From Bryobacterales bacterium (GTDB taxonomy: Bacteria; Acidobacteriota; Terriglobia; Bryobacterales; UBA6623): 64,000 nt of DNA. How positions within the stretch are numbered: position 1 is the first letter of the stretch; the number at the start of each line of letters is the position of its first letter. Shown here one piece after another: positions 51,001 to 60,454 of the stretch. The DNA lies in assembly GCA_963422375.2 (NCBI GenBank), contig OY729428.2, positions 992,001 through 1,056,000 of the forward strand. Reading direction: 5' to 3'. The position numbers and the translations under genes are program-made. Under the pieces are notes generated by a model. That model made no database searches. It was not told where the DNA came from and saw only the letters and a program-made list of their open reading frames with translations.

Positions 51001-51506
51001 ACGGCGGGATCGAGTGTGGCGAGCAGGAAGGGGTTCCGATGGATGATGGGCAGCTCGTTCACCATCTTGGTGTCGAGGGTCGTCTCCATCGTGGTCGAGT
51101 TGAACTTCACGGCGACCGGCGTCTCGGACACCGTGACCGTCTCCGCAACCGCCCCGATCCGCAGCGCCGCGTTGACGCTGACGTCGGCGCGCGTCTGCAC
51201 CAGGATGTTCTGCTGGACGAACGACTGGAAGCCGTCGGACTCGACGCGCACCTCGTAGTTTCCTGGCAGGACGAAGTCGAAGGCGAACTGCCCCGCCTCG
51301 TTCGTCTCGCGGTCTACGGCGACCGCCGTGTTGACGTTCGTCAGCGCGACCTTCGCGGCGGGAATCACCGCGCCGGATTCGTCCGTGACGGTGCCCGACA
51401 CCCGCCCGCGCAATTCCTGCGAGTCCGCGGAATGGGGCGCGAGCCAAGCCGCCAGCATCGCGAGGGCCAGCCATGCCAGCCTCCTTCGCGACGATTCGTG
51501 AGTCAT
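48042..51506 (-). CDS. TonB-dependent receptor with carboxypeptidase-regulatory-like N-terminal domain
   Basis: GGAGGT RBS; SGTVTDESGAVIP, KSGTNEFHGS, NLGLRYEY; terminal aromatic residue (LRLIW). Confidence 0.92.
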   Translation of the reverse strand: MTHESSRRRLAWLALAMLAAWLAPHSADSQELRGRVSGTVTDESGAVIPAAKVALTNVNTAVAVDRETNEAGQFAFDFVLPGNYEVRVESDGFQSFVQQNILVQTRADVSVNAALRIGAVAETVTVSETPVAVKFNSTTMETTLDTKMVNELPIIHRNPFLLATLDPAVNYRGGRENSPFHHWAASQLDVGGNTGLKNSVLLDGVPQLVGAKGTYVPAVDAVSEVNVQQNATDSEFGHTAGGVVSVQMKSGTNEFHGSAYFFGRNPALNARPNPLSAQKSVVRRNVWGATVGHPVVRNKVFNFFAYEGQDLRSPSTTAMALPTSMERGGDFSQSFNRSGGLRQIFDPRTTQITGDREAFRTPFANNRIPAQDLDATALTMMTDIWQPNRAPDNPSGANNYRYTFPITFKYYNFSDRVDWNISDKLKMFYRISRFKTDQSEPNYTGGSIMQRRQGSARNSVQTSGDVVWTISPTTVFNVRASYSKITDSYYTPETIIGAEGLERLWPGNTWYSSHIRDIPEVYFPELDVRADTRARFGRSGFWYQEPRTWNWDVKLAKNVGRHYIKVGHQYRAQRVDAGRPRGMFFRFQPHETADTIFSPNTGQVGHAWASMMLGALNNGRVRTVPTNRPRVDVYGFYVHDDFKITPRVTMNLGLRYEYELPMRDPEYRLSRYIDLDQNLPELEAAVGTFPAEALQIRNGPVSLAGAWHFTDRDNPYSWNAQQNVILPRIGIAYRVNDKTALRIGYARYAVPPIQEKDSLGILGSTPYPGFSAQTVPLRPAEGVPRSYLANPFPSGGEHPNPLVEPPGKRYGIYSTVGSGESIFFNQNWQAGMNDRINLTLQRETWNRFVVDATLFMNFGRNHAENLPLNLADPRISYSHGSAVSRNVPNPFYGVPESAMPGALRNRRTVSVSQLIRPYPHYFDIWMRAAGIRSERYRALQLKIQRPFANGFNFLLGYNWNSARNQEFYDAVDAFDRRLTYQEDPETGHKLTLSGVYELPVGRQRKIGGDMPSSLDKVIGGWQVTGIYQYWSGQVLRFGGMEVSGNPKVSNPTHERMFDTSAFSNLPAFTRRSNPWSYDGVRGPFFSNLDLTLMKTVAVTEALDVEIRMEGYNLTNSFMGANPSTDVNSGTFGQVRSQLRTHSGREMQYSLRLIW

Positions 51507-51622
51507 CAGATACCTCCGTTCGCTGCGGGCGCGCGAACAAAGGAACCAGCCGCAACGGCAGGCAGACCCCTGCCCGTCGCCGCGAACGTGGCGCCCCAGA
51601 AACAACCCGCGCGTGCGAAACT

Positions 51623-51628
51623 ATTATA
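51623..51628 (-). promoter_or_regulatory. Candidate -10 box for the TonB receptor gene
   Basis: Perfect TATAAT in an AT-richer divergent intergenic region; no good -35 box. Confidence 0.35.
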
Positions 51629-51654
51629 GGCGTTTAGTCCGCCCCTCGCTAAGA

Positions 51655-52878
51655 ATGGCGTCCGCATGCGGTCCGCTTCCCCCCGGAACGGCACCGTTCT
51701 CCGCGAATGGCACGCCGCGCCGCGCCAAGCCCGGGGCGAGCGACGCAGGCCGGAATACCCCGGCGACCTCGACCCGGCGACCGCACCGGGCCGCCCGGGC
51801 CGCCGCCTGGCTCGCATTGGCCACCGGTCCCGCCTCGGTCGCGCAGGAACCCCCAGCGGACTCGGCATACGTCGGCGCGGCCGCCTGCGGCGCGTGCCAC
51901 CCCGGGCAAGCCGCGACGCAGGCCCTGTCGGGTCACGCCAACTCCCTCGCACGACCGTGGCGCCATCGCCTGGCCGGGGAGTTCGAGTCGGGCCCCGCAT
52001 CGCAAGACTCGAGCGGCCCGCGGGCGCGCTTGCGCGTGCGGGGGGGCAGCGCGGTTATGGACACCCTCGGCGAAGCGCGAGTCGCGGGAGAGCCGGTCCA
52101 CTGGGCCTTCGGCGCCGGCGAGCAGGCAGTCACCTTCGTCAGCCGCGTCGACCGGGACTGGTACCTCGAGCACCGCTGGAGCTTCTACCCGGCTAGTGCG
52201 CAGCTCGGCCTGACGCCCGGTCACCAGGAACGTCCTTCGGACGGGGACGCGCCCGGCGCGGGCGTCCGGTACCGCGTTTTCAGCCCGCAGGCCGAGATCT
52301 TCAACTGCTTCGGGTGCCACTCCACGGGGCCCTTGAGCCTCGGCGAGGACTACTCGATCGTCCCGTCGGAACCCGGCGTGCACTGCGAGGCGTGCCACGG
52401 GGCGGGCTCGGCGCACGTCACGGCGGCGGCCTCCGGCGAACCGGAGGAGGCGCGCCGGCGCATCCGCCACCCCGGCCGCCTGGCGGGCGGCGAACTGAAC
52501 GCCTATTGCGGCGCTTGCCATCGGCCGCCGGCCTCGTCGCCCGAGGACATCGACTGGACCGATCCCTGGAACGTGCGGCACCAGCCCGTCTACCTCGCGC
52601 GCAGCCAGTGCTTCCTTTTCGCGCGGGACCTGACCTGCACGCACTGCCACGACCCGCACGGGCCGCTGGCCCGGGACGCTGCAGCGCACTACAACGCCCG
52701 CTGCATGCATTGCCATGACGACTCCGCTCGGCCCCCCGCCGCAACCTGCCCGCCGACGGAGGCCGCGCCCTGCTCCTCGTGCCACATGCCGAGCGTCCGG
52801 CCGCAGGCCGAGCTTGGGTTCACGAACCATTGGATCGGCGTTTACGAAGAGCGCGGCGCATTGCGGCCGCGCCGCTGA
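51655..52878 (+). CDS. Multiheme cytochrome c (c554-like), 7 CxxCH
   Basis: YVGAAACGACH, CFGCH, CEACHG, CGACH, CTHCH, CMHCH, CSSCHMP. Start uncertain. Confidence 0.88.
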   Translation: MASACGPLPPGTAPFSANGTPRRAKPGASDAGRNTPATSTRRPHRAARAAAWLALATGPASVAQEPPADSAYVGAAACGACHPGQAATQALSGHANSLARPWRHRLAGEFESGPASQDSSGPRARLRVRGGSAVMDTLGEARVAGEPVHWAFGAGEQAVTFVSRVDRDWYLEHRWSFYPASAQLGLTPGHQERPSDGDAPGAGVRYRVFSPQAEIFNCFGCHSTGPLSLGEDYSIVPSEPGVHCEACHGAGSAHVTAAASGEPEEARRRIRHPGRLAGGELNAYCGACHRPPASSPEDIDWTDPWNVRHQPVYLARSQCFLFARDLTCTHCHDPHGPLARDAAAHYNARCMHCHDDSARPPAATCPPTEAAPCSSCHMPSVRPQAELGFTNHWIGVYEERGALRPRR

Positions 52879-52914
52879 TTCGCCTCCGACAGCGGCGGAC
52901 GCAGGCAAGCGGTC

Positions 52915-54114
52915 TCAGCGCCCTTCGGCCGCGGCGAGCGCCCTCCGTGCATCCTCCGCCAGAGCCCCCGTGTCATCGCCCAGCTCCGCCAGAATCTCCA
53001 AGGTTCGGACGAACGCCCCGGCAGCCTCGCCGCTCCTGCCGGCGTCCAAGAGCAGGTAGCCGAGGTTGAAGAGGGTCTGCGCCACGCGAACGTCGCCGGT
53101 CCCGAATTGCCCCTCGAGAATGCCAAGCGCCCGGCGATAGAGCGGCTCGGCGCGGTCCGGCCTCCCGGCTACGTGGTGCGTGCCGGCAAGATTGTTCATG
53201 GTGGCCGCGACTTCCGGATGACTCGGCCCGAGCAATCGGACGCGAAGTTCAAGGGCGTCCCCGAGCACCCGCGCCGCCGCGTCCAGATCCCCCGCGGCGC
53301 GCAGGACGTTGCCGTAGGTGTCCGCCGCCGCGGCCGCGGCCTGGGTGTTTGCGCCGGATGACTGCTTGAAGGCCTGCTGCGCTTCCGCTGCGAGCTGGCG
53401 CGCCCGCTCGAGGTCACCGCTTTCCCCTGCGAGCAAGGCGAGGCGATGCAGGATCTCGCCCGTTTGGGGATGGGGCCGGGCGCCCGCTGCCTTCCGCAAC
53501 GCGAGTGCTCGCAAGAGAGCGCCCTCGGCAGATCGGTATTCGTTCAAGCCCTCCAGCGCCGCGGAGAGCTGCAGCAGCGCATCCGGGTCGGGGCGCACGG
53601 CGACCGCAGCCTCGAACCGCCTGGCCGCGAGCCCGAGATCGCTCCGGTCGGCGGCTAGCTCCGCCAGCAGGAGCCTGACCTCGAACTCTAGACCCGGATC
53701 TCGAGCGGAAGAGTCCCGAAGAGCGCGGGCGGCCCGGTCGCACAAGGCCTCGCTCCGAGCGGCGTCGCCCATCCGACGCAAGGCCTGCGCCAGCGCGAAG
53801 GCGTCCCGGGCGACTTCGATGGGTTCGGCGCCATCGTCGCGCTGCCGGGATTCCAGCGCCTCGCGAAGGTAGCCCGAGGCCTCGCCCGCCCGCCCGCGGG
53901 CCAGGAGGAACAGCCCCAGGTCTCGCTTCGCGGACGCCGCGACGGGGCTGTCAGGGCCGAAAGCCCTATCCCTTCGCTCGACTGCCTCCCGGTGCAGGCG
54001 CTCGATGTTGCGGTCCCGCTCGACCGAGAGGACCGGCGTTTCCGCGGACGCCGAGACCGGAACGGCCATCGCAGCGAGGCCGAGAGCACCCGCCCGGAGG
54101 CCCCTGCAGGTCAC
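52915..54114 (-). CDS. Tetratricopeptide repeat protein
   Basis: HPEVAATMNNLA, AEPLYRRALGI repeats; GTGA overlap with the upstream gene. Confidence 0.85.
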   Translation of the reverse strand: MTCRGLRAGALGLAAMAVPVSASAETPVLSVERDRNIERLHREAVERRDRAFGPDSPVAASAKRDLGLFLLARGRAGEASGYLREALESRQRDDGAEPIEVARDAFALAQALRRMGDAARSEALCDRAARALRDSSARDPGLEFEVRLLLAELAADRSDLGLAARRFEAAVAVRPDPDALLQLSAALEGLNEYRSAEGALLRALALRKAAGARPHPQTGEILHRLALLAGESGDLERARQLAAEAQQAFKQSSGANTQAAAAAADTYGNVLRAAGDLDAAARVLGDALELRVRLLGPSHPEVAATMNNLAGTHHVAGRPDRAEPLYRRALGILEGQFGTGDVRVAQTLFNLGYLLLDAGRSGEAAGAFVRTLEILAELGDDTGALAEDARRALAAAEGR

Positions 54115-55217
54115 GGGACGCCGCCTGCGCCGTCAGCTGCCTGGTCCTGGAGCCGCCTGTGCTCGGCGGCATGGAACGACGCCTTGGCGGCGTCCCCGAG
54201 CCGCCGGTAAAGCCGCGATAACTGGTATTCCATGCGCATCCGCGCGGAGTCGTCGGCCGCCGCTGCGACGGCTTTCTCAAGCGGTGCCAAGGCGTCCGCA
54301 TACCGCCCTTGATCGGCCCTGGCCCGCGAGAGGAGTTCCAATGCTTCGTAGGAGTCTCCGTCGACCCCGAGAGCGCGTTGCAGGACGCCTTCCGCCGCCG
54401 TGCTGGCGCCTTGCAGAAGCAGCGCTTCTCCCCAACGCATAAGCGGCTGCGCCGCATGCGGCACGAGGCGCGCCTCCTCCTTGAACTGTTCCGCGGCTTC
54501 CTCGTACCGCCCGCGCGCCGCGAGGATGTCGCCGAGCGCGAGCCGCGGGCCGCGCCTGTGAGGCTCCGCGCGCAGCACAGCCTCGTAGGCGGCCTGGGCC
54601 TCGTCCCACTCCCGAGCCGCCACCAAGGCCTCCGCCGCGGTGATCCGAGCCGGGACGGTTCCCGGGGCCGCACGCATGAGCCTCCGCCGAAGCTCGGCAG
54701 ACCGATTGCCGGAGACCAGAATCTTGAGGCGCAGCAATTCCGGGTCGCCTGGCGCGTGCGACTCCAGCTCTCCGATCAGGGCGCTGGCTCCCTCGAATTC
54801 GCGGCGCTCGATCAGCGCTCGCGCAAGACGGAAGCGAGACTTCAGGTCGCTTGGATCTCCATCCAGCGCCTGCCGCAGCGCCCGCGCCGCCGCGTCCAGC
54901 CGCCCCGTCTCCAGCAGCGCATGCCCTAGGAGCCCGTGCAGGCCGGCCACGCCTCCGTCAAGCCCCAACGCGTCCGAGAAGGCGGCGGCGGCCCCCGCAT
55001 AGTCGAACAGCTCGTACCGCACCAGCCCGAGGTTCAGGTGCGCCGGGAGGAAATCCGGAGCCTCCGCCGCGAGGTCTGACAGCGCCTGTTCGGCCGCGTC
55101 CAAGTCGCCCCGCTCGCGCGCGGCGACCCCCTCCCTCGCCAGCTCCTCGAGTCTCGGGGCCAGCTGGCCGCCCGTACCAGCCGCGGCCATCGCCGCAGCG
55201 AGCGGGACGGCGATCAA
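54111..55217 (-). CDS. Tetratricopeptide repeat protein
   Basis: AHLNLGLVRY, YQLSRLYRRLG; TTG start overlaps the CRTAC1 stop. Confidence 0.85.
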   Translation of the reverse strand: MIAVPLAAAMAAAGTGGQLAPRLEELAREGVAARERGDLDAAEQALSDLAAEAPDFLPAHLNLGLVRYELFDYAGAAAAFSDALGLDGGVAGLHGLLGHALLETGRLDAAARALRQALDGDPSDLKSRFRLARALIERREFEGASALIGELESHAPGDPELLRLKILVSGNRSAELRRRLMRAAPGTVPARITAAEALVAAREWDEAQAAYEAVLRAEPHRRGPRLALGDILAARGRYEEAAEQFKEEARLVPHAAQPLMRWGEALLLQGASTAAEGVLQRALGVDGDSYEALELLSRARADQGRYADALAPLEKAVAAAADDSARMRMEYQLSRLYRRLGDAAKASFHAAEHRRLQDQAADGAGGVP

Positions 55218-57100
55218 TCGCGGAGCGGACGGCCCTCGCGAACGGTGACGTAGCGGTTGGCCCCCACGCCGCGCAATTCCTGCTGGGTCCCGCTCGGCCA
55301 TCGAATTCGAATCCATTCGACAGTATCGTTCGCGCCGAGGCCGAAATGCACGCGCGGGTCGCTGGCCGACAGGTAGCTCCCGGCCGTGCTGGAGAATCCG
55401 TGCTGGGCCCGCCCGTCAGGCGTGCGGATCGAGATCCGCGCGCCCTGCCCGTCCCGCGGGCTGCTGTCGCCGACGAGTCGCAGCGCGATCCAGCGCCCGC
55501 CGAGATCGGCGGCGCTGTTGTAGAGAACCCGCGGGCGTCCGTCGAGCACGCCCAGGGCCACGTCCACGTCGCCGTCGTTGTCGAGATCGCCGAAGGCGGC
55601 CCCGCGCCCGGCAAGGGATTCGGCGAAGACCGCGCCCGACGCGCCTGACACGTCTTCGAACCGCCCTTCGGAGCCGAGGGCGAGCAGGGGCGGCTGTCTG
55701 TACCTCAGGCTCGGGTCGGTCAGACGGATCGTGTCCAGCACGTGGCCCTGGGCCACGAAGATGTCCTTCCAGCCGTCAAGGTCGAAGTCGGCGAGACGGA
55801 CGCCCCAGCCCGACATGCTCGCCGTGATGGCTGCCAAGCGGCTCTGCCTAGTCCGGTAGCTGAACAGGCCGTCGCCGTCGTTGCGGTAGACGGCGTAGAG
55901 TTCCCTCGCGAGATTCGTGATGAGGATGTCCGGGTGCCCGTCGTTGTCGTAGTCATCGAAATCAACGCCCATCCCGGCGAACCGCCCGCCGTCCTCGTTG
56001 TAGGCGACGCCCGCGTCGAGCGCGACATCCCGAAACGAGGCGGCCCCCCGGTTGCGGAGCAGCTGCTGGGGCTCGGAATCGTTGGCCATGACAATGTCGA
56101 TGTCGCCGTCGGACTCGAGGTCGTTGAACGCGACGCCGAGCGCCTTGCCCGGCAGGCCGGCAAGTCCCGCCTTCTCCGAGTGGTCGGAGAACCGCGACCC
56201 GCCATCGTTCGCGAACAGCATGCTCGTCACCCGGCCATAGCGGGTCGGCGGACAGTAGCTCGGCACGTCTTCTCCGCACCCCACGTGGGAATCGAAATCC
56301 CAGTCGAGGTAGCGCGTGACGACCAAGTCCAGCAGGCCGTCCCCGTTCAGATCAGCGAAGCCGGCGCTCGCCGCCCAGCCCGGCACGCCAATGCCGCTCT
56401 CCTGCGTGACGTCTCGGAACGTCCCGCCTCCCGTGTTGCGGAAGAGCGAGGTGCCTCCGTACCCGGTGATCACCAGGTCGGTCAGTCCGTCGTTGTCGTA
56501 GTCGCCAGTCGCCGCTCCCATGCCGTAGATGCCGGAGTCCTTCTGGGAAATACCCGAGCGGTCCGTGACGTCCGCAAAGCGCCCGTCCCCTAAGTTGCGA
56601 TACAGGCGATTGAAGGATTCCGGTTCGGAGCGGTCGACGGCCGGCCGGTCCGGCGCGCCGCGGATCGACCCGCCGTTCACGAAGAGAACGTCCAGCCATC
56701 CGTCTCCGTCGAAGTCCAGCAGGGCCACGCCGCCGCCCATGGTCTCGAGCAGGTACTTATGGGGCGTGGCACCGGAGCGATGCCGAAAGCCGATACCCGC
56801 ATCCGAGGCTCGGTCGGTCAGAGAGGCGGACCGGGCGCACGGCGCGACGCAAGCGATCAGCATCGCGAGCGCAGCCGAGAGGACCTTGCCCGGCCAGCGG
56901 AATCGCGCCGTCGCTCGTGCCGGCCGACCGGGTCCGGCGGACTCGGGGTCATGCCGGCCGAATGCCTTCGGCCCGGCCGCCGTCTCACTCCCGGGCACGG
57001 CGAAAACAGCGACTGGGCGCTTGGCGAGGGACCGGCGGCTCGGCTCCGACATCTGTGGAGATTTGGCACCGACGAGCCGAGCGGCCTCCGGTCGGCGCAT
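55214..57100 (-). CDS. CRTAC1 family protein (FG-GAP repeats plus ASPIC/UnbV)
   Basis: Repeated DxDxDG motifs; GSYLSASDPRVHFGLG; IRWPSG. True start probably downstream (about 56860-57050). Confidence 0.9.
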   Translation of the reverse strand: MRRPEAARLVGAKSPQMSEPSRRSLAKRPVAVFAVPGSETAAGPKAFGRHDPESAGPGRPARATARFRWPGKVLSAALAMLIACVAPCARSASLTDRASDAGIGFRHRSGATPHKYLLETMGGGVALLDFDGDGWLDVLFVNGGSIRGAPDRPAVDRSEPESFNRLYRNLGDGRFADVTDRSGISQKDSGIYGMGAATGDYDNDGLTDLVITGYGGTSLFRNTGGGTFRDVTQESGIGVPGWAASAGFADLNGDGLLDLVVTRYLDWDFDSHVGCGEDVPSYCPPTRYGRVTSMLFANDGGSRFSDHSEKAGLAGLPGKALGVAFNDLESDGDIDIVMANDSEPQQLLRNRGAASFRDVALDAGVAYNEDGGRFAGMGVDFDDYDNDGHPDILITNLARELYAVYRNDGDGLFSYRTRQSRLAAITASMSGWGVRLADFDLDGWKDIFVAQGHVLDTIRLTDPSLRYRQPPLLALGSEGRFEDVSGASGAVFAESLAGRGAAFGDLDNDGDVDVALGVLDGRPRVLYNSAADLGGRWIALRLVGDSSPRDGQGARISIRTPDGRAQHGFSSTAGSYLSASDPRVHFGLGANDTVEWIRIRWPSGTQQELRGVGANRYVTVREGRPLRD

Positions 57101-57124
57101 GCCGCTCCCGATGCCCGGGCATCA

Positions 57125-58366
57125 CTAGGACTCCCAGAGCGCTCGTATCGGGACAGCGTAGAGACCGTCGCCGATGCTCGCGCAAGTCTCTCCTTCGTAG
57201 AGCACCACTCCCCCGGCGAACCGGCTGCCCGGCGTCGACTTGAGCTTGCGCAATCCCCGGAAATCCGACGGGAACACGGTGGCGGCGGGCTTGATCTCGA
57301 CGCCGACCACCTCCAAGATGCCGCGCTCGATGACGATGGCGCCCCTGGGCTCCGTCCCGGTCGCGGAAACGAAAGAACGAGTACGGGCCGTCAAGCCCGC
57401 CGGCCTGCCTCCTGAGCTCCTGGAAGGCAAACGTCTCGAGCACCTGTCCGAGGACTGGTCGGTTCGCCGCGAGCCCCTTGGCATCGACACCGAGCAGCGC
57501 GCCGGCGAGACCGGAATCGCCCAAGTGGACCTTCAGCACCTTGACGAGCCGACTCGAAAGGTTGCCGCGCCAAGGCGGCAGCCTCTCGACTAGGAATAGC
57601 CCCTCCAGCAGCGTGAAGTAGTCGCGGACGGTGTTGCGCCCGATCTGAAACGGCGCTGCAAGATTGGCCAGATTGAAGAGCTGGCCGGACTGGTCCGCAG
57701 CGACCGAGAGAAGCTTCGGCATCGACTCGAGCGAGCGAATCCGCCCTAGGTCTCGGATATCCCGGTATATCAAGTTCGCCGCGTAGTCCCGGTACCAAAC
57801 CAACCGCCGACGGACTGACCGGAAGACAACGGCGGGAGGATAGCCACCGGCCACGATCTTGCCGGCAAGCGCCGCACCCAAGCGCTCCGTGCGGTATGTG
57901 CCGAAGGTGCCGGAAAACAGGCGCTCGATGAAAGTGGTTCCGCCTTGCCGCGCGATCTCACGTTGCGAGAACGGACGGTGACCCACGACCTCCGTGGCCC
58001 GGCCAAGGAGTCGGCCAAGGCGGGCAAGAGCAATACGTTGGCCGAGCCCGTCAGAACGAACCGCCCCGGCTCGCGGTCGCGGTCGATAGCGGTCTTGAGC
58101 GCCCTGAATAGCGACGGGACGTTCTGCACTTCTTCGAGGACGACCCGGCGCGGCAATTCCGCGACGCATCCCAGCGGGTCGCGTAGGACCGAAACACGTG
58201 CGACGTCGCTGTCGAAGTTGACGTACGCGTAGCCGCGCGGCCGACCCACGGCTTTCGCGAGCGTGGTCTTGCCGCATTGGCGCGGGCCTTGGATCAGGGT
58301 GGCCGGTGAATCCTCGAGGGACTCGGCCAGATGGCGCTCGACAAACCGAGGAACGATGGAGGCCAT
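57125..58366 (-). pseudogene. AAA+ ATPase with DUF4143 domain, two frameshifts
   Basis: GPRQCGKTT, LTGSAN, DSLAG | GGYP, DSGLA, LETF | VEIK. Breaks near 58000 and 57345. Confidence 0.8.
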
Positions 58367-58429
58367 TCGGACGGCCGAGCCTCGCTGCAGTGTCAGCTCG
58401 CTACTACTCTACACCTCCGCCGACCGTCA

Positions 58430-58990
58430 GTTACGCGACCCGCCGGCGGTCCAGGCGTCGCGCGCCGCCAATTTCAGCACGGAGGCAGCGAAGCCGATAC
58501 CGCCGAGGATGGCGTGCGCGGACCGAGCAGGTAGCGCAGCTGCGGGCCGACGTGCCGCACGCCCCCCCTTTGGGATGCTCGGCGGCCATCAGTTCGTTCC
58601 AGGTCCGCATCTGCTCGTCGCCGACTTCGACCGGTTCCAAGTCGCGGTTCCGGTCGACACGGTCCGGCACGTCGGCCGGGGGCTGCACGGCGGCACCTAG
58701 GAGTCGCGGACGCCTGTGCCTGGGCCCACCCCCAGTCGACTCGGGCAGGCGCAAGCGGCCGGCCTGCTCCAAGGCATACAGAGCCTGCAGGCGGGTGGCC
58801 GCCTGCAGGTCCCCGCGCCGGTTGCGGAAACCGAACTCCTCGCAGACCAGCCTTGCGATGGCGGTGCGGGCGGCGTGGCAGTGTTCCCCGAGCAGACTCT
58901 TGCCCCCGGGCCAATGCCTCGTCGGCGGCCAGCGTTTCCGCTATCCGGCGTTGCTGGTACATGCGCAAGGAATCGCACGGCAACAGATCC
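58430..58990 (-). pseudogene. DUF4338 N-terminal remnant
   Basis: RTAIARLVCEEFGF..LEQAGRLRLP, WNELMAAEHP, GPQLRYLLG, GGIGFAAS..ARDAW across several frames. Confidence 0.65.
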
Positions 58991-59097
58991 ATTGTCAAAG
59001 CTCGGCCTATGTGCTAGCAGGAGGCCGCGGCAGCGGCCGAACAGCGTGCTGCGCGTCCGCCGAGCGTCAGTTCCGCGGTCCGCTGGAGGTCATTGCG

Positions 59098-59694
59098 TCA
59101 TTCCGGTTCCGTCGCCAATGCCGCATGGATCAATTCGGCGCAGCGCGGCGTATATTCGATCGTCCCGGCCTCGACCTGGCCGGTCTCGGACATCTTGCGC
59201 CACGTTTTCCGCAGGATTCCGATCATGCTGTCGCGGTCCTGCTTATCCGCGAACGCGTCGAAATAGTGCTCTAGGAACACCAGGCACGCCACGTCCTCGA
59301 GCAGTTGCGCCCACGGGTCGATCTTGAATCGCTCCTTGCGAATGATCGCCTGGACCCTGGCGACCGTGCTGCCGTCCAGCCCGCAATCCCGCATGATCGC
59401 GCCGGCAGTGTCCGCATGGAACCGGAGCAGGTTCCGGCGCCACTTCAGGTAGCCCGCCCTTCCCGACGGGTAGCTGTCGCGAGGAACCTGCCATCGCCGG
59501 ATATGCTGCGCGCGCGCGGCGAGCCGGACCTCGCGGGGCGCGTCCGGGTCCAGCCGGCCGAGCCATGACGACATTCGCCTGGCATATGCCAGCTCCGTCG
59601 GGACGCCGTCGGGACCGCGGTTCGGGTCTTCCGCGTTCGCGGCGTCGAACATCTCCATACAGCGCGCCACGCGCTCGGCCTTCTGAACGCTCAT
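59098..59694 (-). CDS. DUF4202 family protein
   Basis: FDAANAEDPN, AARAQHIRRW, GYLKWR, LEDVACLVFL, KTWRKMS. Confidence 0.88.
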   Translation of the reverse strand: MSVQKAERVARCMEMFDAANAEDPNRGPDGVPTELAYARRMSSWLGRLDPDAPREVRLAARAQHIRRWQVPRDSYPSGRAGYLKWRRNLLRFHADTAGAIMRDCGLDGSTVARVQAIIRKERFKIDPWAQLLEDVACLVFLEHYFDAFADKQDRDSMIGILRKTWRKMSETGQVEAGTIEYTPRCAELIHAALATEPE

Positions 59695-60407
59695 CCGCTT
59701 CCGCCTGTCTCGCGGCCGCCGGCGCAGACCGCGGCGAATGCGACTGCCGCCGTTTCCGCCCGCAGCACCGTCGCACCGAGGCCCGCCGTAGCGAAGCCGC
59801 GCTCGCGGGCCAGCCTCCTCTCCTCGTCTGTCCACCCACCCTCGGGTCCTACCAGAAACGTCGCCGGACCTCCGGCATAAACCGCAGCCAGCGCGGGCCG
59901 GCCCGGATGGGCGAGCAGCCTCGCCCCCTCCTCGCAGGCCTTCAGGAACTTGGCGAATCCGGCCGGAGGCAGCACCTCCGGCACGGACAGGCGTCTCGAC
60001 TGCTGCGACGCCTCGAACGCGATCCTGCGCCACCGCTCGAGCCGCTTCGGGGCGGCCGCGACAAGCTTGGTGTCGCTGCGCGCGGCGATGACGGGAACTA
60101 TCGAATGCACCCCGAGCTCGGTGAGCTTCTCGAGCGCCCACTCGAAGCGCTGGAACTTGATGATGGCCAGCGCGGCGTCCATCCTCGGCAGGCTTTCCGG
60201 GCTGGGCAGCGCTTCCTGCACGCTGAACCGCACCTCGTGCGGAGAGCTCGCGACGGTGGTCGCCCTGTAGGCCGTGACCTGGTCGGAGATCTCGACCTGC
60301 TCGCCGGGAACCAGCCGGGCCACCCGCGCCAAGTGGTGCGCCGACCTGCCGCGCGACAGCGCCTCGCCGCCTTCGACCCGGTCCACGAAGACGCGCCGCA
60401 GCACCAC
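59691..60407 (-). CDS. rsmE: 16S rRNA m3U1498 methyltransferase
   Basis: HHLARVARL, KLTELGV, EASQQSRR, VGPEGGW, LGATVLRAETA. Confidence 0.95.
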   Translation of the reverse strand: MVLRRVFVDRVEGGEALSRGRSAHHLARVARLVPGEQVEISDQVTAYRATTVASSPHEVRFSVQEALPSPESLPRMDAALAIIKFQRFEWALEKLTELGVHSIVPVIAARSDTKLVAAAPKRLERWRRIAFEASQQSRRLSVPEVLPPAGFAKFLKACEEGARLLAHPGRPALAAVYAGGPATFLVGPEGGWTDEERRLARERGFATAGLGATVLRAETAAVAFAAVCAGGRETGGSG

Positions 60408-60454
60408 CCTGACCAGATTACCCCGCGCATTCGGATCCGTCGATAGACTGAAGG

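Noticed and set aside
23088..51629. Many long alternative-frame ORFs (e.g. 23088-24833, 25778-27967, 29126-31132, 32884-34809, 49590-51629)
   Set aside because: They are antisense or shifted shadows of well-supported genes, expected at high GC, and carry no family motifs.
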